Origin: Chrysomallon squamiferum
Lineage: Eukaryota; Animalia; Mollusca
Assembly: GCA_012295275.1 (NCBI GenBank)
Contig: CM022665.1
Span: 17,546,001 to 17,610,000 of the forward strand
Length of the DNA stretch: 64,000 nucleotides
Reading direction: 5' to 3'
In this document: positions 26,501 through 40,210 of the stretch, in pieces
Numbering within the stretch: position 1 is the stretch's first letter
Layout: each line of letters opens with the position of its first letter
Position numbers and translations under genes: made by a program
Notes under the pieces: generated by a model
What the model was told of the DNA's origin: nothing
What the model saw: the letters and a program-made list of their open reading frames with translations, nothing else
Database searches by the model: none

Positions 26501-29500
26501 CTGGAGAAATAAAACAAGAAATGAAACCACAGTCACATCTTGCTTTCCTCCACTGCACTAACGTGCAAATAACTGTGGTTTAAATTAAAATGCTTAATGA
26601 GCTTCAGTAAAATCACCTATTTTTATATATGAAAATATATAATTCAAAATAAAAATATAAGATTTGCTGCAGTGATCACATCAAAACTAATGTTTTACAA
26701 TTCTTAAATTATTTACAAAGATTTATAATAAAACGATTATTATTATACAATATTGTATATAGCACAGAGCATTGTGCAAATTCATGTAGTAAGAACCACT
26801 TTAACTCTGATAAATAGTCTAGTGCTTTATCTATTATGTATTTGTGTAATGAGTTCCATACTGAAATCTTTTAAAATATATATCTTATGTCTGATAAATG
26901 TTTTAAGAATGAAATTAAAATTATTACTTATTACAAACTAGATTATTTTGAAATACTCACATAAGACAGCCAGTTTCTTCAGAATAACTGCCAGATGTTC
27001 AATACTCAGATAGTCAGCTACACTGGAGGAAACGGATGCAAGAAATGTTTTCCAGATTTTGCTAATGTTCCCAATCAGAGATTTTACAGATGTATCTTTT
27101 CTGAAAGGAAAATCAAAAAAATTAAAGATAGCTGATAAAATCATTTCATTTAATCCATGACAAATTAAGTTGGACTGGAAACCATGGTAACATCTAAAAT
27201 GATTTAAAAGACTCTTAATTATTAAGAGTAATTATTTATAATAACAAACTGCTTACATTAAAGCATTAATATTTTCAACAGACAATCTTAATATTGAGAA
27301 GAGTGAATGTGATGTATTACATATAGCTAATAATTAGTTTTGCCAAAATGCAAAACTTAAATCATATGGATTTTTTTTTAAAACATGTTTTAGCTGACAT
27401 ATTAAAAAAGAAGCAATCATTAATGTTATCATTAAAGCCTTTCAGGAAAATATTCACATTTTAAAGAATTTGTTTCTTTAGTTTACTGTGATAAATCATT
27501 AGTTATACTTATAACTTTTGGATTGTTAGATTTTTAATTCCAAAAATATTTATTACTCTGTTTTATTTACTTATAACTTTTATCTATTATTTCCATAATG
27601 TATTCTTCATATTGTAACGAATACAGATACAAAACCTGAACTGTTCTGGTAGAGACTGCATCAAATTAGCAGCCCTCAAAACAAAGGAAGTTTCTTCTGA
27701 TGTCCATCCAGCAAATGGCATTTGTTCTGGATCTGATGTTACTGTTACAGGTTCCACTGCAGAAGTCTGATATTCTTCATCATTTTTTTCATGTTCAATA
27801 CACCACATAATTCCTGAAATAACAGAGTATTGTTTTGTTTATTAAAATAATTATGAGGAAGAGTAGAAAAGATATCAAATGTATTAGACTATATATTTTA
27901 ATTGCTATACCCCTTTGTTAACGTCTAATGCTGTGATTTGCATTTGCAAAGTAACAATCATTTGCATTGTATTGGTCATATGACATAAAGAAGGACTTGA
28001 TTTTCTTTTAATCAAAATAGTCATTGGTAGTAGCACTGACAGCATGTCTAGAAATAACATTTTTATGAGAATCTGCTGCATATTTTCTAGCAGAGTTCCA
28101 AACATTCCAGCATTTCTAACACAAAAAAATTTAAATAAAATACCTTCTTTTCTTCTTGTATATATTTTTTTATCATTTTCTTAACATCTTATAATTCAAT
28201 TCCAATATTTTATGTAATCTATAAAAATTTTAACAAGTGCCAAATAATCAACCAGTGAATTGTACATTTTCCCTTTCCATCCAGTATAGTGCCACTGCTG
28301 ACAGTAACAAAAATAAAAGCTACTTTCTAAAATTTACCTATTTTATGGATGATACAACTGTGAACAAGGTTAGGGTTAGGGGTTAGGGTTACCATTAGGA
28401 TTGAGGTTTATGGTTAAGGTTTAGATTAGGGTTTAGGGTTAGGATTAGGATTATCCAAGCCCCTCTTTTTTATATAAACCCCAACAGAAACTAAATAGTG
28501 ATCATGATCAGTGAAAATATTTTCTCTGGATTTTGCATGATGTTATTTTCTATATGCATCAAGAAACAAGCAGGAAGGTCTGCTATCCAAATTTATAAAA
28601 TAGATAGTGTGGGTTTGAGTGTTTGGAAAGCATGACATTGACAACAATGATTCTGTGTGGAATAGATCAGTAAAATAATTGGTAGATCAATACTAGAGTA
28701 GAATAAACATGCACAGATTAAAAAGCAAAAATATAAAGTAATTGGTAAATCTACACTAAAGTTATTTTTTTTAATTAAAAAAAAAAAAATTTATTATAAG
28801 TCTAAAGCAATGAAAATACCTTCATCAACATCAGCATCTAGAACTTGCTTGAAGGCTGCTCTTGCCAGAACCTCAGGATATCCTGATTTTACTATTTCTT
28901 GAATAAAACTGTTCTCAACATCATAACCTCCTCTTATTTCATATTCTGCTTCTTCCATATCTGATCCTTTCTCTTCTTCATTCTGGAATATTTCATCTCT
29001 TGCAGTCTGCATAGCTTGTTCTATATCAGCCATGGAACAATCAGGTTTTATCAGTGACAACATGGGAAATATCAGACTAGACGGCTCCTCATCTGTTCCA
29101 ATTTTGATCAACTCTTTCTGAAGAAAAACCAGCTGATTAATGGTGAAGAAATTCAGCTCTAAATACTCATTACGTTTCTCAGTTAAATACTGCAACCAAT
29201 CCATATGACAATCATCAAATATATTTGCCAAAGCATTTACAAAGTCTACCAGTGGACAGTGCTTACGGTTCCCTTTCAAAGATTCTGAATCTCCTCCAAA
29301 ACCTAAAATGACACAGGCTTCACGGGAAGCATCACAAAAGAAAGTTGCTTTCCACCAGTTGAAAAGAACACAACCATCAGAAACCAGCTTGATGTATGTC
29401 TTGGAAAGCCGCACAATACCATCAAGGACCTGAAATAACAAACAAAACAGTACTTTAGAAAACATTGGTTATAACACTGGTAAAGAAAAGTTTATGATTT

Positions 29501-29901
29501 ATTTACCAACTATTCAAGTTTTCTTGAATTTTTTTTTATTAATAAATAATGAAAAAACATGATCTTTGAAGAAATTTGTAAGTTTGCAAAAAGATAAAAT
29601 TTAAATGCTAATAAAATATATTTAATTTTAAATATTCTGCACCATAAAAAAATACAGTTTAGAGAATAAAGATTTTTATTCCTTACCATCATGAATTGCT
29701 CTACACTGTCTTTTCCCTTTTCAGCTCTTCCTGCTACCAACATAAGGCGACTTTGTAAGTCAACTAATTGATTATGGGAATATTTTTTAACATCTTCTTT
29801 TACATTCGAACAACTGTCAGGCATAACATGTAAACTAATGATGCTATTTAGGTCCTGAAATTATATATTATTAAAAATTATTATCAACATCATTATAATC
29901 A

Positions 29902-29952
<51 letters not shown>

Positions 29953-32900
29953 ATTATTATTATTATTATTTATTATTCAATTCAAAAAAGCAGTCATAAA
30001 ATCATATAATTTTTTTTTATTTATTAAATAAATTTCATGATATTGTTAAAGATAAATCATTAAAACCATATTAGATCAAACTGGACTAACTAAAATTTGT
30101 ATTTTATTCTTATGTTAAAAGAACAAGATTTTAATTTACATACCAGATTAGGAGGTGCACTTTCCTTGGTCAGGTTTCCAATTCGGTATACTCCTTTGGA
30201 GTTTATCATTTCAGCTTGAGACAAAGATGTTACTTCGACAGATCCATGAGTGTGGCTCACCTCTTTTAACCATTCTAAGAAGCGGTTTGTGTCTCGCTAA
30301 ATAAAATTTTAGATGATAATGTTATAATTTGCAATGTTACTAGAATACACTGTAGTTAAAGAAACAAAAATTTAAAAGTATTTTTAAAAATTGAAATATT
30401 TGTTCAAGAAATGATTTGTATATGTCACATATATCTGTGTATTAATCTCATTTACATACAATCAGACAAAAAAAAATTTCTTTTATAATATATAATTACC
30501 AAACTGAATCAGTTATTTAATAGCAGGAAAATGTAGGCTTTGTCTTATTTATAAAAGTTATTAAACTGATATATCTTGGTATTTCCTAATCATATTTTGA
30601 TTATATTTACACTTGATAAAAAAGATAACAATTTAATATATGTACACTTAATAAGGACTTAATCATTCATTTCAAATCCAAAATTAATACATTGTCTTGG
30701 ATTTCAGTACAAGTTCAAAAAGAAAAAAAAAATGACAAACTGATTTATGCTTTTGGCTCATCAACTCAGTTCTCAACACTTACCAACATTTCTGGTAAAT
30801 GTGGATTTATTTTCAGTTCTCTCCAAATAGACCTACATTTTTCCAGAAAGGTGTTGCAATCACAGTTCTGATCAAGGTTGAATATCAGAGGAGCATACCC
30901 TGATGTAGCTGTATGCAGGCAGTTCACCTTGTGTAAATCATGATCACCTTCACCAGCTGATATGTATGCCAAATCAACAAAAACTTTCAATTCCTTTATG
31001 CCAGCTGTTAAAAAACAAAAATGAAAAATCTCAGAAAAAAACAAATTAAAAACTGGATTGTAACTTGCAGAAGAATCCATTCTATTCTTAGAAAATTATA
31101 ATTCATAAAACTGTTACTAATTTCTGATTCTGTATTTGCTTACAAATTGTATTGCAGTAGCCTTTTTCACTGATGTCACCATTTTGTATGAGCTATCCCA
31201 GACTGTAATGCAATATGGCTGTTTTTAGTTTGCTAATTTGTAGCACTTAAAATAGCAAATGATAAAAATGCACATTTTGAGTTCATAAAATTCTTTGCAC
31301 CAAAGATATATCACATTAATTTAGTGATTAACAGTAACGGTATTAATAATTTTACACAAACAGTACAAATAAAAAATTGCTCTATATAATGAATATTCCA
31401 CAGATGTATATTTTTTTTATCAATAGTACTTTCTTATTTAATCTTATCATGAATGTTTTCCAGTTGTCTCATCTTTTAGCTGTTTAAATGACAGCACACA
31501 ATCTAATCCTTCTCTGAAAAGATATTTCATATTTATGACAATGAGAATTTATCATAATTCCTACTACAAAGTGAAATGCTTTCATCCAATTAATTTACTG
31601 TGTCACATTTTGATTGTTTTAACTTTTAATTTAATTTCTAAAAGCTGAATACATTTTTTTTAAACATATAAATTTTATTAATATTATTATTGATATTTTT
31701 ATTTTTATTTATTTATTTATTTATTATTTTTTTTTATTTATTTATTTTTTTTTTTTTTGACATGTTGGGAAATAAAAGTAGACATTCCTCAAATTTTAGA
31801 ACACAGATTCCCAATGTTACCAGAATCACAAAACTTTGGAAGGGCGACCAGGTTCTTACTGTTTTAATTTTCATCTTTTCAATGAAAACAGATTTATAAT
31901 CAGTATTTTGCAGCATCATCCAATTCTGTAATTAGCACAAAAAATAGTCACCAACCAAATTTTTAAAAATAACAAAAGAACACAAACACACAAGAGGTTT
32001 TCCATGTAACCCTATTTGGCTCTAAAATAGATGACAAGCCTACTGAAAATAAACAATTAATTAAGCTAGCCTGCTTTTAAAGAAAAAGTAAAACTTTGCA
32101 TGGCTGCTGTTAAAACAGTCTTGTTTAATGGGCCTCTTAACCATTCTCAGGCATCCATAAATAAATATTTTATAAAGAAATAGCTTTTCTGAACAGGCTG
32201 AATCTCATACCTTGATTCAGTAAAGTGTGAAGGACTGAACTAAAAGCATCAAGCATAATCTAAAGATACCTAAACACCATTAAAGTGTCTCAGGTTTATT
32301 TTTCCTTGTTTAAACATATGGTATTTAGGAAATTCCTCCAAGACACTTGGTACATTATTTATGGTAAACACTGTCACTGGGGCTTTCTTAAGGAACCCAG
32401 GACAGAAACGGTCTGCCAATTTTGTCAGGGATGTGAAATGTTATCTGTGTGACTGGGGTGAAAGATAGTTAAAGAAGGAAGAGAGAGAGAACATCTTTTT
32501 AATGTTAAAATGGAGAAAGAAATTAAAAATATATTTAATTTTTGATCATCCACCTTTTTTAATGTTCATATCTTTGATATCTGCCTAATCTCACAGCACA
32601 CCTACAGGAATCTGGAGAACTAGATAAAGACAAACTGCTAGCAAATTCATATCCATACTGATTTCGTATTCCTAATTTTTGTTTAATGATGATTTTGATA
32701 GAAAAACTAAACACATTAACTCAGGGATGAGCTTAGTTTTTCTGATGTAATTTATTTACCCACCTTTCATGGACTGCCTAAGCCAATCAACAAGAGGTTT
32801 GCTGTCATTAAATGCCTTCAAACTACCAGTTTCAATTTCAGTCACATCTTTCAGTAAACTGCAAGTTTCAAGTACAGACTTGTCCATTCTTTTCATGGGC

Positions 32901-35900
32901 ACATTTCTGTTTTTGATCTGAAAGGAAATATAATTATCCATTCATAGCAGATAACATGATGGACATGATATTCATTTTATTTATAATACCAAAAAACATA
33001 ATGATGAGGTGATTCTATAAGCTTAACAGCAAGTCTCTGCAAATTCAGTGATTTTTTCAAAATATGGAGGCTAAATGCTGCATAATTAAAACAAAAATAT
33101 TAAGGAAATAGCAATGATCCAAAAAAGAACATCTCTTCTTTATCACAGGTAACTGAACTGAAAATGCATCACTTTATCACTGACTGAAATCTTACTTTAT
33201 ATTTGGCCATTAAAATTGTTAGTGATGAGAAAATGGTAAAATGCAGTGCATTTAAGTACAAAGACAACATTCTTAAATGAAATTATATTTGGACACTTTT
33301 TTAAATGAATGAAACAATAGTTTCACAATGAGTGGAATGAAAAATGGATTACAACATAAGAGTGCAATAGCTTTCATTGTTTTCAAAGTGCAATAAATGC
33401 AATGTTGCAAGAAAGTTGTGTCAAAATTGCTTGAAAACTATTATGTTCCAAAGATAAGTTTAATGAAAAAAGATAATGATAGGCAGTCATTGAAGTACAT
33501 GGAGCAGAGACATGATTGTAAAAGCAGTTTAATTCTTTGTTTAAATGGTCACACTTTTCAGTCTCAAATCAAAGATCCAGTAATGAGACAAACAGATTAG
33601 AATGGAAACTGAATTAATATCAAATAAATAGCATGCAGAATACTGAATTTGATAAGTAATCAAACTATTAATTTAAACTAAAAATAGAACTAAATGATCA
33701 TACTATGATTTGTAATTATCTTTTATATACTGTGTGGACATAACAGCAATAAAATTCCATTTGTAATCCAATGTCAATGGCTAACATTAAAATGCACAAT
33801 CTAAAAAATATGTTTTAACCATAAGCAATAAATTAATGTACTGTATATACTTGTGTATAAGTCGAATTTTTGGGAGACTATATTAAGGTAATATTTTGGG
33901 GGTCGACTTATACATAGGTAATGCTTTTGTAGCTGTTGCTGAAGAGTCGCCATTTTGACTATTTTTTGCTATGGGATGCATCTAAAATAATCGTGGTCAT
34001 TCACAAATATGAATGTAAAACATGATATTCTTCCGTTTAATGACATAAAAATATATTTTAAAGCGAGAAAACCATCAGTACGGCGTTATGCCTTACGGCA
34101 TCTTGCAATGATCTAGGAATGCAGACTTCTCTGCCAAATTGCACTAAATATCGGTCCTAATTTCATAAACAAAACTCACTTGTTTAATTGTAAAGAATTT
34201 GGTGAAATAATATTGCAATCGTCATTAATATCCACTACCGACAAATTTTGTAAATCATAGAACGGCTAAATATAACGGTAAGTTAGGTCTCCATGTTAGA
34301 CCTATTACATTAAAGAGATACTATTTATGATACATTTAGGCTATAGCTTGTGTAATACATGCATTTACGTTATTATGGTATGTTCGTGCAAGTTACAGCT
34401 CGTGCAAGTTATGTTACAGTAGGCGTACAATGTAGGCCTTCATGGCACTGTCACACTGGTCTAAAAATAGTGACAGTGCCTGGAATCTACAGTTGACTTA
34501 TACACAAGTAATACCTAAAATGACGCAATTTTTGGTCTTAAAATACACATCAACTTATACATAAGGTTGCCTTGTACACAAGTATATATGGTAAATAAAA
34601 TATTTAGTACTTACCAGATTTAATATTTCTTTGACAGGTTGGAAGTCTCCAGTAATACCATACAGTTCATAAGTTTCCATAATTTCAGATGCTGCTTTTT
34701 GGCACTTTTCTACCAGTGTATGTACCTGGAGTTGTTCTATACGTTGTTTCACCCAGTCATTATCATCGCTATCATCACTCATCAATATAAATTCAGCTCT
34801 GATTTTGTCATAATCCTCTTGGAACATATCTATTTGTTTTTTGATAGCTGTAAATGTAATTGTGCCATTTTTTATATCCATGCTTAACTGATCCCACTGG
34901 GCTTTTGCATCCTTCCATATATTAACAACAGAGTCCAGATTGTTACCAAACTGGGAATTAGACCCAACTTGCTGCCATATTTTGAGAAACAATCCACTTT
35001 GTTTTAATTTCAGAAGCTGAGGACAAAGTATTAGAAGCTCTTCAGGAATATCAAATATGTTAACAAATGGTTTGTGTTCTTCAACATTAAACTGATCCTG
35101 GTTATTAAATTTTGCTGGTCTGCAAATATCTCTAAGTAACATTTTGTCCTTTTTAGTTTCTGTTCCTTGTATAGTCCTTGACATTTCCACAGTGTTCACT
35201 AAAAATAAAATAAATTAATGTAAAAAATATACTATTTAATATAATTATTATTATTATTATTTTAATATTTTGTTTACTGTTTTTTGTTGTTGTTTTTTTT
35301 CAAATGCATCATACATTTTGAGTTGAATTATATTTAATATTAAGTTTAAATAATTCTATCAGCTCTGATATAAACTTATCAGCATTCTATGGCTTTTGGT
35401 AAGTTGGGATAATCCATAATTATGCATAAAATAAAAGTAATTTATAACAAAAGAAACAGCAACACTTTATTTTCGTTGATATTTGGCTTTGCTTGGTTCA
35501 TTTTCATATTCATTTCACAGATTTTTTACAGCATCTATGTTTAAAGACACTATCTTCAAATGTTTTTAATTTCCAGAATATGAAAAGTCTAAACCATAAA
35601 AATTATTAGTTGTACAGTATATATATCATTCTTTTAAGGATCTTGTACATTTTAAAATATCATACTTGGATTGAGATCCTATTGTTAAAATAGAGTAGCC
35701 TAGGTTATTTAGTTGCTTTGATTTCATATAACATAAATTATTTTCAAACTGATATCATGGAATTTAATTCTACTAACCAAAAACTATTAAGACTTCTTTG
35801 AAACACATTATCATTTAAAAATTATGAAATAATTGTGTTCCTTATCAGAAATATTTTTAAATATACCAGTATTCAAATGTGCACAGAAATACATCAGTAG

Positions 35901-38876
35901 TTGTGCTTGCTGTAAATACTGATCACAAGCTTTCAGTTCCTTTGCTCTAACTTCCATCATTCTCAGTAAGTGGTCTGTGTCAGTTTTCTCTGATGTTGCA
36001 ACAGAAAAGTTTTTTTCTGCAGCCTTTATAAGCATAATTATGTTTTCTTTCTCAGACAAAATTTGCTTTAGATTTCCCACACTTATCTCTCCTTTGTTGA
36101 TATTTTCCACAATTGAAGACAAAATAGAACATGCCTTAGTTAAAAGTTCTATACATGTTTCAGTCAAAAGCACATCTTTCTTTCCATCTGTTAAAAAAAC
36201 CAATTACAATTATTAACTTACTATTTTACTAAAAAAAAAAAAAAAAAAAAAAATTAAATTATGACTACTACTACTACTACTACTATTAATAATAATAATA
36301 ATAAATTCATATGACAAATATATATAATTATTTAAAGTTAAATATTCCTTGCAAGTATTCCTTTTATCACAAACCATTTCATAAAATGCTTTGCTAAACT
36401 TTTGAGGTATAAATTTAGACAGTGCAAGGTAATTTTAGTCAACTGTAAAAGCAAAATGCAAAATTAAGGCATTTCTGCATTCCATTTAATTCTAAAGAAA
36501 ACAGATATAATGCTTACTAATGTTGTCAGTCTAAATTACATGTAAATCTGAATGAAATTCGTAATACATCATGACAAAAAAATAAGTTTATTTTAAAGAA
36601 TACCAATTCAATAATACATATTCATATCTGCAATTAGTTATATGTAAACACTTACAGAAATTTTGAAAATACTGTTTCAGTGGCTTATATGTTGTAACAA
36701 AATGTAACATTTCATCATCAGAGGCATCTTTTGGCCACTGTTTTTCCAGCATCTTTGACATCAGATTTGCAAATGTGTTTGTTACTGGTACTGACCGTGA
36801 AGGATTTTTCTACAATGATTTGTTTTGAATGTAAATTTTCATAATATAGTTATGTGATTTTATTTTAGATATAAATAATTCCATTTTAAAAAATGAAATG
36901 CTGACATGTAAAGATGTTAAATATGAAATCAGATATATCTCTCTTTATTCTAACATAAATAAGAGGAATCAGCACAGTTCCATTTGCTTTGAATGGATAA
37001 TGTTTTGAAAGCCTGTATCTGTTGACAAATAATTAATAAAGAACTTTAATTTTCTCAATATATAATAAAAAAAAAAGGAAATAAAAATATAGATAAATAA
37101 TATGAAAGACAACAAAAAAAAAAACAATGTAAGTAAATAAAAAATCTAAAGATATGATCTAATTTTTTGTTCTATTTTTTTTAAAAATCTCATTATACAT
37201 TTGATGATGTTGGAATAAAGTAGTGAAAACAATATATGTTCTGTAAATGAATAATATTTGTTAATTTTTGTTTGAGAAGTTTGGCTATTATATTAGTCTG
37301 TTTAAGTAATTAAAGTTGTTTTGCATTATTTTTCAAAAAACTATAACTTGATCTGTTGATTATTGCTGTCCTCATTAATTAACACTGTAACATTTTACAG
37401 ATTGTAGAAATGTGCCATTATTAATTACATTCAACTTACAATCATTTCTTTCTCAAATGAATTAAATGCAGCAGATGCTAGACTTTCTTTTATGCCTTCA
37501 GACAGAAATTCTGATTCTGCACCCAGTGTGAGTACTTTATAACATACCCATGTCTCAAGCTGAAAATACAAATATACATTCAACAAATTATATTTTGTAA
37601 AACAAGTATAATTTTTCCTTGTCAGTATAATATTGTTGCATGTTTTGTTTTGTGTTAAAATTTAATAATTCATCACTGCTGATCATATTTTTAAGTCTTT
37701 TTATTATCCATTCTTCAGATTGTAAAATCAAAATCTAACCATCTGTCCTTAAACCACAGAGTAAATTCCATAATCTGTTCAAACAAATAAAGAAAATGAC
37801 ATCATTTTACATGTATTTATATCAATAAATTCACTTTTAGAAACGTTTAGCTAATCAGTCACAATTTTCTTTGGAAATTTTTTTTTTTTTTTTGAGACAG
37901 TGAGAAAAAAAAGGTAGCCTTCTGTTTTTGAAAGTAAAATAATGAAACAGCCTGCCAAAATACAAAACAAATGGTTATTGATAAAACAACAGACTTTATG
38001 TAATTTGCAGGAAAAATTATGGGTCAGTTAGTCTTAATAGAGAACAATCTTACATGTCATAGCAGGTGAACATAATATAAGACAATGAGCTAGTCTATGA
38101 TAAAAAAGATGGGAGGTGTGCAGTTCCAGAGTAAACTGTTTATTATTTATTATAATTACCCAAATCTGATATGCAGACATCTTTTATATATCCAACACAA
38201 TCTCAGATCCTTACCTGCCACTTTGTTATTTTTTAATTTCACTTTGAAATTTTTGGAAAGGCTAAATTAACAAAAGTTTAAATTAAGTTTTCTTTACAAA
38301 CCAAAGACTTTGTAAGTTAAGATTTCTGATCAAACGAATTTAGTAATTATCCCTACTAAAAACAAGCAATGAAATACATCACACATATATAACAAGTCTG
38401 AGCTTAAAAATAAATAAACAACAGAAGTTAATTTGAAATATCTTTAAAAAAGGTTTTTCATTTTGCCTTGTTACAGATCTTCAGACAGTTATGGTATTTA
38501 CAAAAGTTCTTATGGTAGCTTTAAATCTTTAAAAGAGCTGTCAAAGGTATGATGAAAAAATGGAAACAACTTTCAGTGAAATAATTTAAATAAAATTATA
38601 AAAAAAGATAAATATAAATAACCTTATTTTTCATATATTTTTCCTTTTTTTTATCTTTAAGTGCATGAATTATTCATTTTACTCTAAAGTTTATTCACTT
38701 ACTGATGATATTTTCTCTTCAAATGCAGCTAACAGTGTTTTCTGCCAGTGCTGTTTCAGTTCAGGGTTTTGTATTTTTATGTTAATCATGTTGTTCCAAG
38801 CCTGCAACAAAATCTAATACACATAAGTATCAAACTACCCCCAGTCTTACATATACAATGAACATACCTTTATATC

Positions 38877-38922
<46 letters not shown>

Positions 38923-40051
38923 TACACACACACACACACACACACATACATACAAAAAAAATCACTGAAATATATTTTAAAACTTTTTCTCATATTATGT
39001 CGGGTTTTTTAAAACTATTCCCACTTGTCTTCATTTATGATTTTACATGTTTTTTAATGTTTCAAACTTTACTACATTTATATTTATAGTTTTTAAATGT
39101 GACAATACTGCAAAAGTATGGAACATAATGACTAATTTTTAAAAATTTTGTTTTAAATTTGATTCATATTAATTTTCTGTTTCAAATATAAATGGAACAG
39201 AATATTTAAAAGTGGTCTTAATGACTGTAATAAATATATATAACTAAATTCAAGAATAAGTAATAAAACTGAATGTGCATTTTTGTGTTAAGCAAGGATT
39301 TAATTCCTAGAATTGAAAACATGTATTAACAAATCTATTTCAAGTTAGCCGAGGTGTTTTTGTTAAATTATTTGTAAAATCTTAAATATCTTGTTATGGT
39401 GTCACCTAACTGTTTAAGTTAAACTTTAATATTTTGTAAATTATATTGCTACCTCAGTTTATTTTGATATTAAGAATTTGACTAATTTTGGCATTCCAGG
39501 ATATAGTTTTGGCTGTGTTTGATATAACCTGTGGTCAAAACCTGTTAAAATTGTATTGACAAAACAGTTCAGGAAAAAAAGGTTAATGACTAAAACCTAT
39601 TTAAAATGTACCTGTAAAAGTATGGGTAATGGTGTTAAAACCTGTTTAAATTTCCAAGTTATTACTTTGTTATTTTGGACTACATATGTTCACTCAGAAG
39701 AAAGTATGACAATAAAATAATACTGCTACAAAAGACTTTACCATCTTCTTTTTACCCTTTTCTAACTTAGAATGTAAATCATTACACAGATGAAAAACTG
39801 GATAATGATTTGCTATCTGCAGTCATATTGTTATACTTCATTAATAAGTTAGCAAGAAAATGAAACATAACTTGGAAGTATGGAGAATATATTTAGACTA
39901 TTTATTCATATAACCAAAGGTACACCTTAAATCATTATTCAGTCTCAAAACCCACAATTAAAACAGTGATAAAGGAAAAATACTATATATATATATATAT
40001 TTAAATCATTATTTCCATACACTGAAATATATATATAGATAGATATATATA

Positions 40052-40102
<51 letters not shown>

Positions 40103-40155
40103 CATTATTCCCATACCCTGACATATATATAGAGATAGAGATATATATAGACATA

Positions 40156-40210
<55 letters not shown>

